Below, one piece after another: positions 43,251-55,860 of a stretch of 64,000 nucleotides of DNA (positions within the stretch are counted from its first letter, which is position 1; each line of letters starts with the position of its first letter). The DNA is taken from the NCBI RefSeq assembly GCF_009914755.1, contig NC_060928.1; one strand, given 5' to 3'. The notes under the pieces were generated by a model, which was not told the DNA's origin, searched no databases, and was given only the letters and a program-made list of their open reading frames with translations. The position numbers and the translations under genes were made by a program. The stretch comes from the human T2T-CHM13v2.0 reference genome, Homo sapiens.

Positions 43251-46200
43251 CTCATGTAGGCACCTGCATACCTTTTCTTATTTCACCTAACAACTTTATA
43301 AGGTTGCTATTACTCACTCTATTTTAGCCATAAGGTAACTGAAATTAAGTGGCTTCCCCAAGTTCATATAACAGATAAGACACATTCAAATCCAAGTCTT
43401 TCTGCCCCAGGTTCCATTCAGTATGCAGTATTCAGAATTAACTCAGGAAGAAGAAACTCACTGCCATTCAGAAACCAAACAAATTCTGGTTTAAAAATTA
43501 CAGGAGAATGTAGTGGGCAGAGGGAGAGCAGCATTAAACCAGGTCAAAGGACCTGGCTTCTACTTATGGCTCTGTGCTATGACCTCAACTGCTACGACTT
43601 TGGGCAAGTAATTTCATTTATTTGGGTGTTAGTTTTCTTATCTATTAACAAAATGAACACAAGGTCCTTTTGAGTGAAAAAAAAAAAAACCACAAACAAA
43701 CAAACATGGGTCTGCTTTAAGCATACAGATTCTACTGTTACTATATGTCAAGTAGATTTCAACTTGAATGTCAAGCCTAATAACAGGTAACGGCTCCTGG
43801 GGTACAATGTTGCAAAGGATTCTGAGCTATAGGGATCCACTAAGAAATTAGCACTGGCTTCCATGATCACAAGGAAGAAAAGAAAGTAAAAGCTGCATAC
43901 CTGCCACACATCTGCCATCACTGAAAGAGTTTCACCTTGGCAAAGAAATGTTACCATCTTTTACGAATGCAGACAGTACTTCTGCACCACCGCTGATTCA
44001 TCAGTACCTGCTCAGGATTTTCACTCATTCCTCACGCACTTAACTAAATTAAGGAATGAAAGTGCAAGAAAACTAAGTGGTTTGGAAAATACAGCTTGGT
44101 GCCACTAAAGAAAATATGTCTAAATGGCCTACATGAGGAGGGGGGAGGTAGTTTGGGGGAACAATAATAATCAGTCTGTTTTTTTAAAATACATACATAT
44201 AGACTATGTGAGTAGGGTAACTCAGAAGCTACCCTACTTAGCTTGTGAGTTAAGTAGGGTATTATCACGTCCACTTTATAGAAATGGAAAACGAGAGTCA
44301 GACTTGCCCAAGTTCACCCATTTCTAAGTAGCAGAAGCGAGATTTGAACCCAAGGCCCAGGTCTCTTTCCAATCCCATCATCCTCACTAGTCCCACACTT
44401 CAAATGAGTTAACTAATCAAATTCCCATTGCAGAGTGACATATTCATTATTATTTGGAGTTGTTCGAATAATATAAGTTCCTCCCCCAAATAATCTGAAA
44501 AGTCGTTACTCTCCATTTGTAATTTAATGGGTAGACATGCATTTGAGTATATATAAATTTAGTAAAATTGAGCATAAAAGTTAAATGTTTAAAAGAATGA
44601 TGCAGAAGCAATCAGCCTGTTGTTGGAAGGTAGGGACTGCAATAAAATTGCAGTTTCAATGCAATTTTATTCAACTTAATATAACCTCTACAACAATTCA
44701 GTGAGATGGAAATCTGGCATCAGGCATATATTTGAGGAATGGAATGGAAGAATAGAAATTGAACCAGATAAAACGCATCCTAGAAGTAACAGCAAATGCT
44801 TCAAGGAAGGCACTTACCAAAAGGCATACTATAACTTATTACATTTCATTAAGTCTGACAACCAGGGCTAAACCTGAATTAGAATATGTGCTTCTGGTAT
44901 TTACCAGACTTTTCTCTATAAGGAATCCAGGCCAAACAAAATAACAGCCAAACTTTTGACATCTAATTGTAGTAAAAGCACAGGACATCCATCACTAGCT
45001 CTTCTAGTTAAACTTCCCACAAGAGAAGATGGGGAGTGGGGAACGGTTGCAAGAACAGGAGATAATACACAAAGCAATGACAACATAAAATCAAAATTGC
45101 TTAAAAGAATGTATGTTTCCTCTACGTCAGGGGGACAGTGTCCCTGAACAACACAGCCCATGAACTCACTTAAGGTGATGTGACACCTACTCACATCAAT
45201 ACATAGCAGAACTGCAAGTTGCATTGTCATGCGGTCCAACCCTGTGACATATGCACAAAGCTTTTCTCAAACATCTCTGAAAAGCAGTCATCACTCTGTT
45301 TAATCACTTCCAGTGACAGGGAACTCAGCACCCTATGGGACTGTTACTGTCCCTGAGGCCCATTAACTCAAAACTCAAACACATTTTCACCACTCAGGGA
45401 GAGGTGGAAGTGATCACAGGGCTCTCCAAAGGGCTTGCCAACCCAACTGTGCCTCCTGTCTCTACCATTCCCAAATCCCCCCTTTCCCTGAGCAGGACTC
45501 AAAATTAGCACAGTGTTAATAAATCAGTGGTTTCAGAGTTAGAAGGGACCCTTAAAAAGCCAATACTGTGATATTCATACCACAGTTCTACAAAAGGAAT
45601 CTCAAGAAGTGCTTGGGCCAAACTGGGAGGGAGAGTGTCCTGTTTCTCTTCCTCTTATTTCAACCTAGGAAGCTCCCACTTTAATTTGTTACATATAGAG
45701 GACCAAGGTAGTTTTTTAAAAGGAGGAGGAGAAAAAAAGGACCATTTACAGGTAAATAAACTGAGGTCTTAAAACTTGCTTAATGAAATCATATAGCTAA
45801 TAGTTGCAGGGTTCAGACAACAACCTCGTCTCTTGGCTCCTTCTCTGGTGCTTTCTCTACCAGATAACATCTGACCATCTACAGGGCAAAATTCAAACTC
45901 TGCAATGATACACAAAGCCCTTTAAGATCTCCGCGTCCAATTTTTATGAGAGTCCCACATTCCAGTCTCACTCAAATGTTTATTGAACCAACTTATGTCA
46001 GACTGTTACCTACCTCCACAGCTTAGCGCATACTATTCTCTTAGCCTGAGATGTCCTTCTGCACTGGAACCAACTAATCCTCTTTCAAGATTTGTTTTAG
46101 GCATCATCGCCTCTATAAAGCCTTTTCTGGTCCTCAGGTAGAACTGACCACATTCTTTTTGTGCCCTACACAACACCTGCAAGGCTTTATGGCACTTGTT

Positions 46201-47348
46201 TTATGTCTATGTCCGTCTACTCCACCACTGCTTTTACATCATATTACTCTAACACGAGGCTGGTCAGAAGGTAGGTGCTTCATAGACGGTCATCAATAGG
46301 GCGAGTGTATTCATCTGGTCCAATCCCCTTTCTAATGTTTAAGTATCCTCTGCTAACTGTCATTAATGCATGCATGACTACATTCATTCAAAAATATCTG
46401 AGTGTCTATACAGTGCCAAGTGTATGCCAAGCAGAGAAGGATTTACTGTGAAATTAATGAGGCTTAAGCTTTAGGGTCCCTCTCTTCAATCTTCCAAAGC
46501 TCTGAATCTTTCTTGGTGATTTTTATTTCTTGAAGAGGGCAGACAGAACTATATAAGCTGTAGGCCCCACAAAACCTAGATACCTCCTTGGTGTCACGAA
46601 CACAAAAGGGAACAAGACAAACAGCTCTCCCCTTATGGAGTTTTCTGTTTAATGGGAAAGACAGCCATTTGTTCATTCACTCATTCAACAAACATTTACT
46701 AAGCAATGCTATGAGTCATGCATTCTGAGATGAAAACAACACTGTCCCTGCCCTTAAGGAAAAGGTTCCTGTTCCCAGGGAGATGAAGGGACACCTGCTC
46801 TGATCAGGGAACAGAAAGTAGTTGAGGTGACTGTAACACTGTGTTTGCGAAAGATTACCCTAAACCCGTCTCAAGAGGAACTGAGTCCTACTTATTGCAG
46901 AGACAAAGGGAAGAAAGAGTTCGGCTGAATACAGTTTTTAATCTCAACTAGGGGTGGGAGGCAGACAAGTAAATAGAACAGGCAAATATGGTGTGGTCAG
47001 TGCTGCAACAGGAAGCGAAGGACTGTCAGGAGGTTTCCCCTGAGTGCAAGTCTGTAGTGACGGCGAACTCATGACCTCACAAAGCCGCCCATGCACTTTC
47101 CAGATAGAGATTTCTGAGGATCTCCTTTCTTGTCCCCCAATCCCTGTCGCCGCAGGAGAAATCTGTTCCCCAATATGCGTCCCCCTTCCTCAAAATAAGG
47201 CTGTTCCTTCCCCCAAAAAGCTGTAGGGTCTCTGAGGCCAACTCTTCTGTCCCCCTTAGAGCCACCCCCTTCACACAATGCTTACGGGACGGGGTCTGGT
47301 TTGGGGCCCGGGGTCCCTGTCGCAGGACTGCCCCCTCCTCAACCCGCC

Positions 47349-47362
47349 GTTTCCATAGCAAC
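47349..47362. promoter_or_regulatory. RFX X-box motif GTTTCCATAGCAAC
   Basis: Full 14-bp match to the X-box pattern GTYNCC-AT-RGNAAC. Confidence 0.7.
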
Positions 47363-47370
47363 CAGCTCAC

Positions 47371-47538
47371 CACTTCGCGGGCCCGGCTGGAGAAGTCGCC
47401 CTTGGGCCGGGGGCTCCGGCGGAACAGCTCGTCCCGGCTGCCATCGACCCCGCCGCCCACCGCCACTCCCAGCGCCTTGTTCCGCGTCTTCACGGTCTTG
47501 ACGCTGGCCCGGAATAGCAGCGTGATGTCCACCGCCAT
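47371..47538 (-). CDS. STX18: Syntaxin-18 coding exon 1 (aa 1-56), phase-0 donor; later exons lie left of the window
   Basis: Translates to MAVDITLLFRASVKTVKTRNKALGVAVGGGVDGSRDELFRRSPRPKGDFSSRAREV, the recognised STX18 N-terminus. ATG at 47538 (gctATGG), 168 nt, followed by GTG|GTGAGC donor at 47370. Confidence 0.97.
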
Positions 47539-48484
47539 AGCGACCCGCACCCTCAGCCCCACACTAGGCCCGCCCACGTAAGCAGCCGGCGACCGCGGCG
47601 CGAACCCGGCCGCTGAAGGACTGGTCCTGCCCCACACGCCTCCCCCCGGCAACGGCGACGCGAGAAGAAAGGTTCCGGCCTGCGCCCTGCTACCGCGGCG
47701 GGAGGAAAAAGGTTCCGGCCTCAGCCGGCGCACCTGGCGGAGGAGGAACCTCGCGACGCGCTCTCGGGCATCGGTTTCTCCCAGCAAAGCTTGGAGGGTT
47801 TAGCTGCGCGGAGAGCTCAGCGAGCTCTTCTGTGTCTGTTTGGGGCGTGTGGGCTCCGGGAGCGTGAGGACCGGGAAGCTAGGAGGCTCCTTCCCTTCTG
47901 GCGGCTCCCTCACTGAGACCGGGCGGTTTGGTTGCGGGGGAAGTGGAGACGAGCCACCCTTGACCTTTGACTGCAAGAACTCACCTTGAGCAGGATAGAG
48001 GCACGTGGACGGTGACCCTCGGGATGCAATAAATGCTGAGACAGATCAGGTGTGCAAGGCACAGAGCTAGAGGCCAGAGGCCTTTCTTCTCCAACCTTCA
48101 GTCACCTCTTTTTAAAGTGAAGCCAGCATCCTCCTCGGGGTTTACTGTGAAAATTAAGTGAGCTGACGCGTGCTGTGTTTTGATGTTGCTTGGCTCCTAG
48201 TAAGTGGCCAATAAATGGTAGTAATCGTTAATAATGTTATTATTATAATCACTGTTATTTGTGGTAAAGGAAGAGGCTTTAGAGAAAAGGCGTCACCTGT
48301 GCAGAGATTTGAAGGATGAATAGGAAGTTTAGATGGAGACAAAGGTGAAAGAGTGGCCCTAATGCCGCTGGATTCTCTTCATCCTTCATGCATAGTTTTT
48401 AATTGTACCGTCTTGAGCCATAGCTATTAAAATTGACAACTCAATCAATGAGTTTCTTCTGCATTTTAGGTTCATGTTCTGTTT

Positions 48485-48655
48485 TGTGTTGTTTTTTGAG
48501 ACGGGGGTCTACTATGTTGCCCAGGCTGGATTGCAGTGGCTAGTCAGAGGCGCCATCCTAGCTCACTACAGCTGGAACGCCAGGGCTCAAACGATCCTCC
48601 CGGACTCAGCCTCCTGAGTAGCTGGGACTATAGGCACGTGCAACCGTGCCTGGCC
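48485..48655 (-). mobile_element. FLAM/FAM-like Alu monomer
   Basis: gagacggggtctactatgttgcccaggctgg ... gtagctgggactataggc. Confidence 0.8.
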
Positions 48656-48759
48656 TATGGTTCAGTTTTAATTCAAAATCTCATTGATTTCTTCAAGATT
48701 TCTTTTTTCATAAAGAGGAAGCACAAGTAGAATATGTATTAAAACAGCAGTTTTAATGG

Positions 48760-49056
48760 TCATCAAGATAAAATTTTCACAATACTAAGATGTTATTTGC
48801 CTTTTCGCTCTGATTTTCTTATGAGTTGCATACAGTTGAGTTTGCTGGAGACTGTGATATTGCAACGGAGTAAATGCAGAACAGCTGTTTTCTATTAAGC
48901 CAGACTCCAAAAAAAGACTTTCAAAAACATCAAGTTTTTGTTTTGATTTCTCATATAGTAAATGTCGATAATGTCAATATAAACCAAAATTGTTTAGAGC
49001 CCTTAATAATTTTTAAGTGTGCAAAAGAGTTGAGACCAAAAGTTTGAGAACCACTG
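48760..49056. mobile_element. Charlie1-family 3' fragment
   Basis: ttctattaagccagac ... gagaccaaaagtttgagaaccactg terminus. Confidence 0.65.
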
Positions 49057-49130
49057 TGTTAAAAAAATAAAGTTTATCAGAAATAGATGTCAAGAAAGTA
49101 TATATTTACCAGAAAGGAGGAAGGAAAAGA

Positions 49131-49400
49131 TTTTTTTTTTCTTTGAGGCGGAGTCTTGCTCTGTCGCCCAGGCTGGAGCAAGCTCCGCCTCCCGGGTTCA
49201 CGCCATTCTCCTGCCTCAGTCTCCCGAGTAGCTGGGACTACAGGCGCCCACCGCCACGCCTGGCTAATTCTTTTGTATTTTTAGTAGAGATGGGGTTTCA
49301 CCGTGTTAGCCAGGATGGTCTCGATCTCCTGACCTCGTGATCCGCCTGCCTCAGCCTCCCAAAATGCTGGGATTACAGGCGTGAGCCACCGCGCCCGGCC
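49131..49400 (-). mobile_element. AluY with about 26-bp internal deletion
   Basis: gttagccaggatggtctcgatctc; ggctggag|caagctcc junction; TSD aggaaaagatt. Confidence 0.93.
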
Positions 49401-50350
49401 AGGAAAAGATTATTTAAACCCAAACTGTAGCCACTTCTTGCAGTTTAAGGAAAATAAATTTCCATACAGCTTTCTTCCACCTACTGAGGAAAAGAGAAAG
49501 AAATTACAAAATCTCTGCCAATGATTCTATCTTGCATAAATGGCCCTTTGTTTAATCCAGACATTAATCAGTTTTTGGCCATGCAAAGTTAAGCCTGGGG
49601 TAGAGTAGAAGGAAAGAGAGATTGCCCTGCATAATAAAGTGAGGGGGATTGAATTGGGGGGAAGAAAAGAGAAGCCAGAACCCAGGGAGGGGGCCGGGAA
49701 AGTACAAAGTAGGTAACTGGGAAGGATCTTTGAGTGGGAGGGAGGCTGAACTACACCAAGCCTTCAGTGAGTGGTGCCTTGTGTAAACCGTGTGTTTGGT
49801 GCAGTTGGATATTTTGGGTAGAAGGGTAGGGACAAAGATCTAAGTTTTCTGTCTGGATTTGCAAGAGCAGAGAAGATTGTGGTGGATATAAGACCCAAGT
49901 GAGCTCAAAACATCAGGCTGTAAATCCACAAGTGACCACAAGTACATAAAATTCCTAAATAAGTCACAAAGATCTTGAGGAGGCTGCTGAACTTTCCACA
50001 GACCATGGGATATGGGGTTGTGCTTTTTACATTTTGTGTTTACTCTTTAATTTAAAAGAGCAAAGTGACTTCAGTTGACAGTTGACTAATATTAAGCCCC
50101 ATAAAGCTGAGAGGGGATGTGGGTTAAAAGGATGTGCAGAAATGTTGTGAGAGTATACTACTGCAACTCCAGGGCTCAAACAATCCTCCCGGCTCAGCCT
50201 CCTGAGTATCTGGGACTATAGGCGCGTGCCACCATGCCTGGCCTGTTGGAGGTAGCACACAACTGCCCAGTTGGATGTAGTATACAAATTTTGTTTTCTT
50301 TATGCATTCAGCAAACATTGAGTGGGCCAGACACTGTTCTGAAAAATACG

Positions 50351-50773
50351 CAGTCGACTTTTGAACAGCACAGGCTTGAACTGCATGCGGCCACTAATAC
50401 TCGGACTTCCTTCTGCCTCTGCCATCCCTAAGACAGCAAGACCCACCCCTCCTGCTCCTCAGCCTACTCGATGTGATGATGGTGAGTATGAAGACCTTTA
50501 CTTTATGATGATCCACTTCCATTTAATGGATAGTAAATATATTTTCTCTTCCTATGATTTTCTTAATACCATTTTCTTTTCTCTAGCTTACTTTATTGAA
50601 AGAATACAGTATCTAATACATATGACATGCAAAATATGTGTTAACGGACTGTTTATGTTATTGATAAGGATTCTGGTCAACAGTAGGCTATTATTAGTTA
50701 AGATGTTAGGGAGTCAGAAGTTATACACAAATTTCCAACTGTGAGGGGTGGAGGAGTCATCAAGGATCAACTG
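50351..50773. mobile_element. Tigger2a
   Basis: cagtcgacttttgaacagcacaggcttgaactgc ... caaggatcaactg termini. Confidence 0.85.
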
Positions 50774-51002
50774 TATTGGCACCCCTAAATATAGCTCACT
50801 ACAGCAGCAACACCTATGCAAGGAGACTAGATGTAGGCTGCCAGTGAAAACCAACGTGTAATTTCTGGGCAGCAAATTTAAGAGCTAATGTATGATTCAC
50901 GATGCTCTTTTCCCTCTGCTATGACAACCCTTAATGTTCCAATGTTCCATCAGCCTGAGTCCTTAAGTAAAGATGACATGGAGCATAGCCAACCAAGGAC
51001 AT

Positions 51003-51450
51003 TGTATTAGTCAGAGTTCTCTAGAGGGACAGAACTAATAGGATAGGTGTATATATAAAGGGGAGCTTATTAAGGAGTATTGACTCACATGATCACAAGG
51101 TGAGGTCCCACAATAGGCCATCTGCAAGCTGAGGAGCAAGGAGAGACAGTCCAAGTCCCAAAGCTGAAGAACTTGGAGTCTGATGTTCCAGGGCAGGAAG
51201 CATCCAGCACGGGAGAAAGATGTAGGCCAGAAGACTAAGCCAGTCTAGTCTTTCCATGTTCTTCTGCCTGCTTTTCTTCTGGCCATGCTGGCAGCTGATT
51301 AGATTGTACCCACCTAGATTGAGAGTGGGTCTGCCTTTCCCAGTTCACTGACTCAAACGTTAATCTCCTTTGGCAACACCCTCACAGACACACCCAGGAA
51401 CAATACTTTGCATCCTTCAGTCAAGTTGACACTCAATATTAACCATCACA
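51003..51450 (-). mobile_element. MLT2A1 (HERV-L) solo LTR, nested in an older MLT1
   Basis: tgtattagtcagagttctctagagggacagaac ... aatattaaccatcaca; 5-bp TSD gacat at 50998-51002 and 51451-51455. Confidence 0.88.
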
Positions 51451-51925
51451 GACATGTACTAAGATTGAGAATTGTCCACAGATTTGTGGGTGTTTGTTAA
51501 CTGCAGCATAATTAGCCTGTCCTGATTGATGACAACCCATATCTAGGTATCTACCAAAACAGGAATATTAGATGTATTCTCCACTCACCATCGTAACAGT
51601 ATTATTCCTCAGTGAATGAAGCATGGAGAGGAAAGAACAGTTGTGCCTAAACCTAACCAATGGAAAAGACCAGGCTGGCAGGGACAGAGTGGCAGAAACC
51701 TTGGAAGACTGTGACCATGGCAGGGTAGAATTTATAACACAAGAGGAAAGGCCTTCAAAAACATATACCTTCACGTTAGGAGGTAAACTCAATGAAATTC
51801 ATTGAAAACCATTTTTCCCCCCTCAGGGACTCTGGAAAGGACCCTGACTCTAGGGGTGGGAAGCTCAAAGAAGAAGCTTTTGTTCCCAAGAGGGAACCTA
51901 GATAAAGAATTCAGGGTGGATTTCT

Positions 51926-52276
<351 letters not shown>

Positions 52277-52425
52277 CAAGGTGGGTTTCTTCCGGCAGCT
52301 CCCCCAGAAGTTTAGCTTTGAAACAGATGTGCAAAAAAAAGCGAGGGAAAGGCAGGAAGCAAACAGGAGGTTGTTGTGGTCCAGCCCTTTGAGGTGTGGC
52401 CTTTGTCCCCCCACCGCCCATTGAA

Positions 52426-52800
52426 GTAATATGGTTTGGCTGTGACTCCACCCAAATCTCATCTCAAATTGTGATCAGAATTGTATCCCCATGTGTCAGG
52501 AGAGGGACCTGGTGGGAGGTGATTGGATCATGGGGGCAGTTTCCTCCATGCTGTTCTCATGATAGTGAGTGAGTTCTCATGAAATTTGATGGTTTCATAA
52601 GGGGCTCTTCCCCCTTCACTCTCTCTTTCCTGCTGCTGTGTGAAGAAGGTTCCTGCTTCCCCTTTGCCTTCTGCCATGATTATAAGTTTCCTGAGGCCTC
52701 CTCAGCCATGCAGAACTGTGAGTCAATTAAGCCTCTTTCCTTTATAAATTACCCAGTCTCGGGTAGTATTTTTATAGCAGTGTGAAAATGGACTCATACA
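52426..52800 (+). mobile_element. MSTA/THE1D-type MaLR solo LTR
   Basis: atatggtttggctgtg ... ataaattacccagtctc ... ggactcataca. Confidence 0.85.
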
Positions 52801-52922
52801 CAGAGAGTACCTAAAGGAGGGGCTGCCACCACCTCATTCCTACCTGATTCTTGTTCTAGATCCTGAGCCCGTTGCTCTAGCCTACTGGCTTGTTTCATCC
52901 TACTTTGTGTCTCCTCCCACCC

Positions 52923-53360
52923 TGTAATGAGCCAAATGTTGGCCCCCCAAAAGATATGTCCACATCCTGATCCCTAGAACCCATGAATCTGACCTTACTA
53001 GGAAAAGAAGTCTTTCCAGATAGAGTTAAATTAAAGACCTTGAAATGAAGAAATGATTTTGGATTATCCTGGTGACCCCTAAATCCAATAGCAAATATCT
53101 TTAAAAGAGGCACACAGAATGGAAGGCCATGTGAAGACAGAGGCAGATACTGGAGAGATACAGCCACAGGCCCATGAATGCTGATGGCCACCAGAAACCA
53201 GAGGAAGCAAGGAAGTATTCTCCCCTAGAGTCTCTGAAGGGAGCGTGGCCCTGCCAGCATCTTGATTTTGGACTTTTGTCCTCCAGGACTGTAAGAAACA
53301 AATTTCTGTTAAATCACAAAGCTTGTGGTCATTTGTTACTGCAACCATAGGAAATTAACG
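52923..53360 (+). mobile_element. MLT1C/D-type LTR
   Basis: ggccccccaaaagatatgtccacatcct ... tttgttactgcaaccataggaaa. Confidence 0.8.
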
Positions 53361-53895
53361 TGTACCCTAACTCTTTTCCCTGCCCATCCTTCCTCCATTA
53401 CCTATCCTCTACTTCCTGGGTGTGGCCCTCAGCCCCTGTTTGGGTTCTCAGCTCTGCAGGTAAGCCGCCTTCAGCTTCACTGGGTCTGTACCTTTCTTGT
53501 GGTTGATAAGTCCTGCGGCTGCCTAGCCTGGTGCTCTTCTTTCCTTCCCCATCTCTTCTTTGATCTCCCCTTGGAGAGTCACAACTGACCAGGCCCCCTG
53601 TCCCACAAGGAAAACTAGAGGCCAGAATGAACTGGATCTAGCCAAAAAGCACACCAAAGTGGGCTCTTTTCATCAAATGTGCAGCAGAAAGGGTGTCCAT
53701 GCAACAGATATTTCACTCTCCCTGTGTGACTCAGAGAAGGCAGACATACTCAACTCTTGTTTCCAACTTCTCTATTTAGGAGCTATTCGAATGCAAAAGA
53801 TAGGAGAGAGCTTGTGTGACAGTTCTGGCAGTGGCTGTGGCATCTGGAGTGTCTGCACCCAAAGAGTTGCCCTTCTCAGTCTAGAAAGACCATTC

Positions 53896-54190
53896 TGCCA
53901 GACGCGGTGGCTCACGCCTGTAATCCCAGCACTTTGGGAGGCCAAGGCGGGTGGATCACCAGAGGTCAGGCATTCAAGACCAGTCTGGCCAACATCGCGA
54001 GATCCCGTCTCTACTAAAAATACAAAAATTAGCGGGCAGGCATGGTGATGCACGCCTGTAGTCCCAGCTACTCAGGAGGCTGAGCCATGTCACTTGAACC
54101 TGGGAAGCAGAGGTTGCAGTTGAGCCGAGATCATGCTACTGCACTCCATCCTGGGTGACACGCAAGACTCTGTCTCAAAAATGAATAAAA
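53896..54190 (+). mobile_element. AluS
   Basis: Dimer; TSD agaaag(a/c)ccattct. Confidence 0.93.
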
Positions 54191-54551
54191 GAAAGCCCAT
54201 TCTATTATGAGCAGTTCAAGTAAGTGCAGAGAGAGGAAGGGGACAGTTGCCCACATAGCCAAGTCAGTCCCAGGGATAGTGAACAATAAGTTGCCTCCAG
54301 AACTTCAAGATTAGGAGCCACTGGATAATGAGAGTCAGCACAGGGACAAAACAGATGTCAAGGATTCTTCTTTTGTCATCCTGAGTCCATGTGACTAAAT
54401 TTCAAGAGGGCAGGTTAGAAAAAGCAAAGTTGATGGGGCATTACCTGTGGTTTGAACTTCTACCTGTCATATTTCAGGAAATCACCATGAGGAGCTTGAC
54501 TTAGGAAATTAAGGAAGACGTGTCCTTTTGTTGATTTTCACATGGGAAGAC

Positions 54552-54555
<4 letters not shown>

Positions 54556-54595
<40 letters not shown>
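54556..54595. repeat. (GT)20 microsatellite
   Basis: Read directly. Confidence 0.97.
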
Positions 54596-54597
<2 letters not shown>

Positions 54598-55349
54598 TGA
54601 GACACAAGGGTTGAAAACTAACTGGTTCTCAGTTTGTGGTGTTTCCTGCCATCAGCAATGGCCTTGGGGATGACTCCCACTCCTCCCTTCTAGCCCCCAA
54701 GAAGACTACAATTGTCTCTTGCTCCAAGTTAGTCTTCAGGAATACAAAGCCCAGCAAGTGCAGGGGGGCTCAGTGTGATGTGCACACAGTGTGGCACAGC
54801 CCAAGAGTCCGGCTTTGGAGGCAGTGATCTCTCAGAACTAAGACCACCCTGAATTAAGACCACCCTGTCAGCATCCCCTTACTCTGACCATGCAGCATGG
54901 TCTTTGGGCTCCACAAATATCCTTGAAGCCAAGAGTCACAATTTGGGTGGGAATCGCAAGCCCAGCCAGCAGGCAAAGATGGAGGCCAGAGGGCAGCTGA
55001 GCATCCATTGTCACTGGTGTCCACTCCCAGAGCTACTTGGAGGTGGGCACTAGCGAACAAAAGCCCTCAGAAGAGAGAAGGGGACACCACTGCCCTGGTA
55101 GCCCCCATCCTGTCTTTGGCCTGTAGGCCTCTGCACACTGTAAGCCTAGACCAGCCTCAACTATATCACACATTGACTTTTTTCCTCTCTGGACAATGGT
55201 AGCCTGGAGTATTGTAATACCCATGGAATTTTTATAGGGTACCTAAGGGATATTTATCAGATCTCTGAGTTCTTTCCAGAAGTCCAGGAAGTAGTTAACA
55301 GAGGATGACTAATAGGAAACAAAAACACAACACCACTACAACCTGAGAT

Positions 55350-55490
55350 TCAGAAATGGAAAGACTTGGGTTTGAATTCAGCTACCCTACTCACTAGCTG
55401 TGTGACTCTGGGCAAGTTACTTCACCTCTCTGAGCCTCTGTCTGAAAAATGCAGACAAACCCTATTAACCGCTCCTGATTTCTGTGAGTA
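55350..55490 (+). mobile_element. MIR SINE
   Basis: cactagctgtgtgactctgggcaagttacttcacctctctgagcctc. Confidence 0.8.
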
Positions 55491-55860
55491 GGGATTTCTT
55501 TTTCACACCTCTCCAATGGAAGCAGCCTTAGTCATCTGGTTTTGGGGCAACATCGGCCAGTCTGCATTTTTCAGTTGGTTGAAGCGATCTACCAGTTGGG
55601 GACGTTTGCTCTTTTGCCTTCACCCTTTAACCTGAGCCAGTGGGACGCAGTGACCTGGCTGAGGACTGTGTTCTGCAGACTCATACATTACCTCAGAGGG
55701 AAGCTAAAAACCAGAACGCTGCCAGAACTGTCTCTTTCTTCCTCTCTCTTCCTCATCGTCATTATCATCTCCTCAAGTCAGTTTTCTCTGCTTCTCTGTT
55801 CCTACGGCTGAACACCAGCCCCACTCAAATCCTACATTTATTAATATATGAGATACCCGT

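Larger units (their letters stand above)
47280..47950. promoter_or_regulatory. CpG island / TATA-less, probably bidirectional promoter
   Basis: Sharp rise in GC and CpG around exon 1; GC boxes (CCCGCCC, CCCGCC); two ETS-type CCGGAA cores; X-box at 47349. Confidence 0.9.

Noticed and set aside
47077-47787. 236-aa ORF spanning STX18 exon 1
   Set aside because: Starts at a non-ATG codon and reads through the GT donor. Stop-free flanks are expected in GC-rich DNA; only 47538-47371 matches STX18.
53560-54053. 162-aa ORF and other Alu-overlapping ORFs in the track
   Set aside because: Non-ATG start and/or typical Alu-derived peptide ([12 protein letters not shown]); no splice or homology support.
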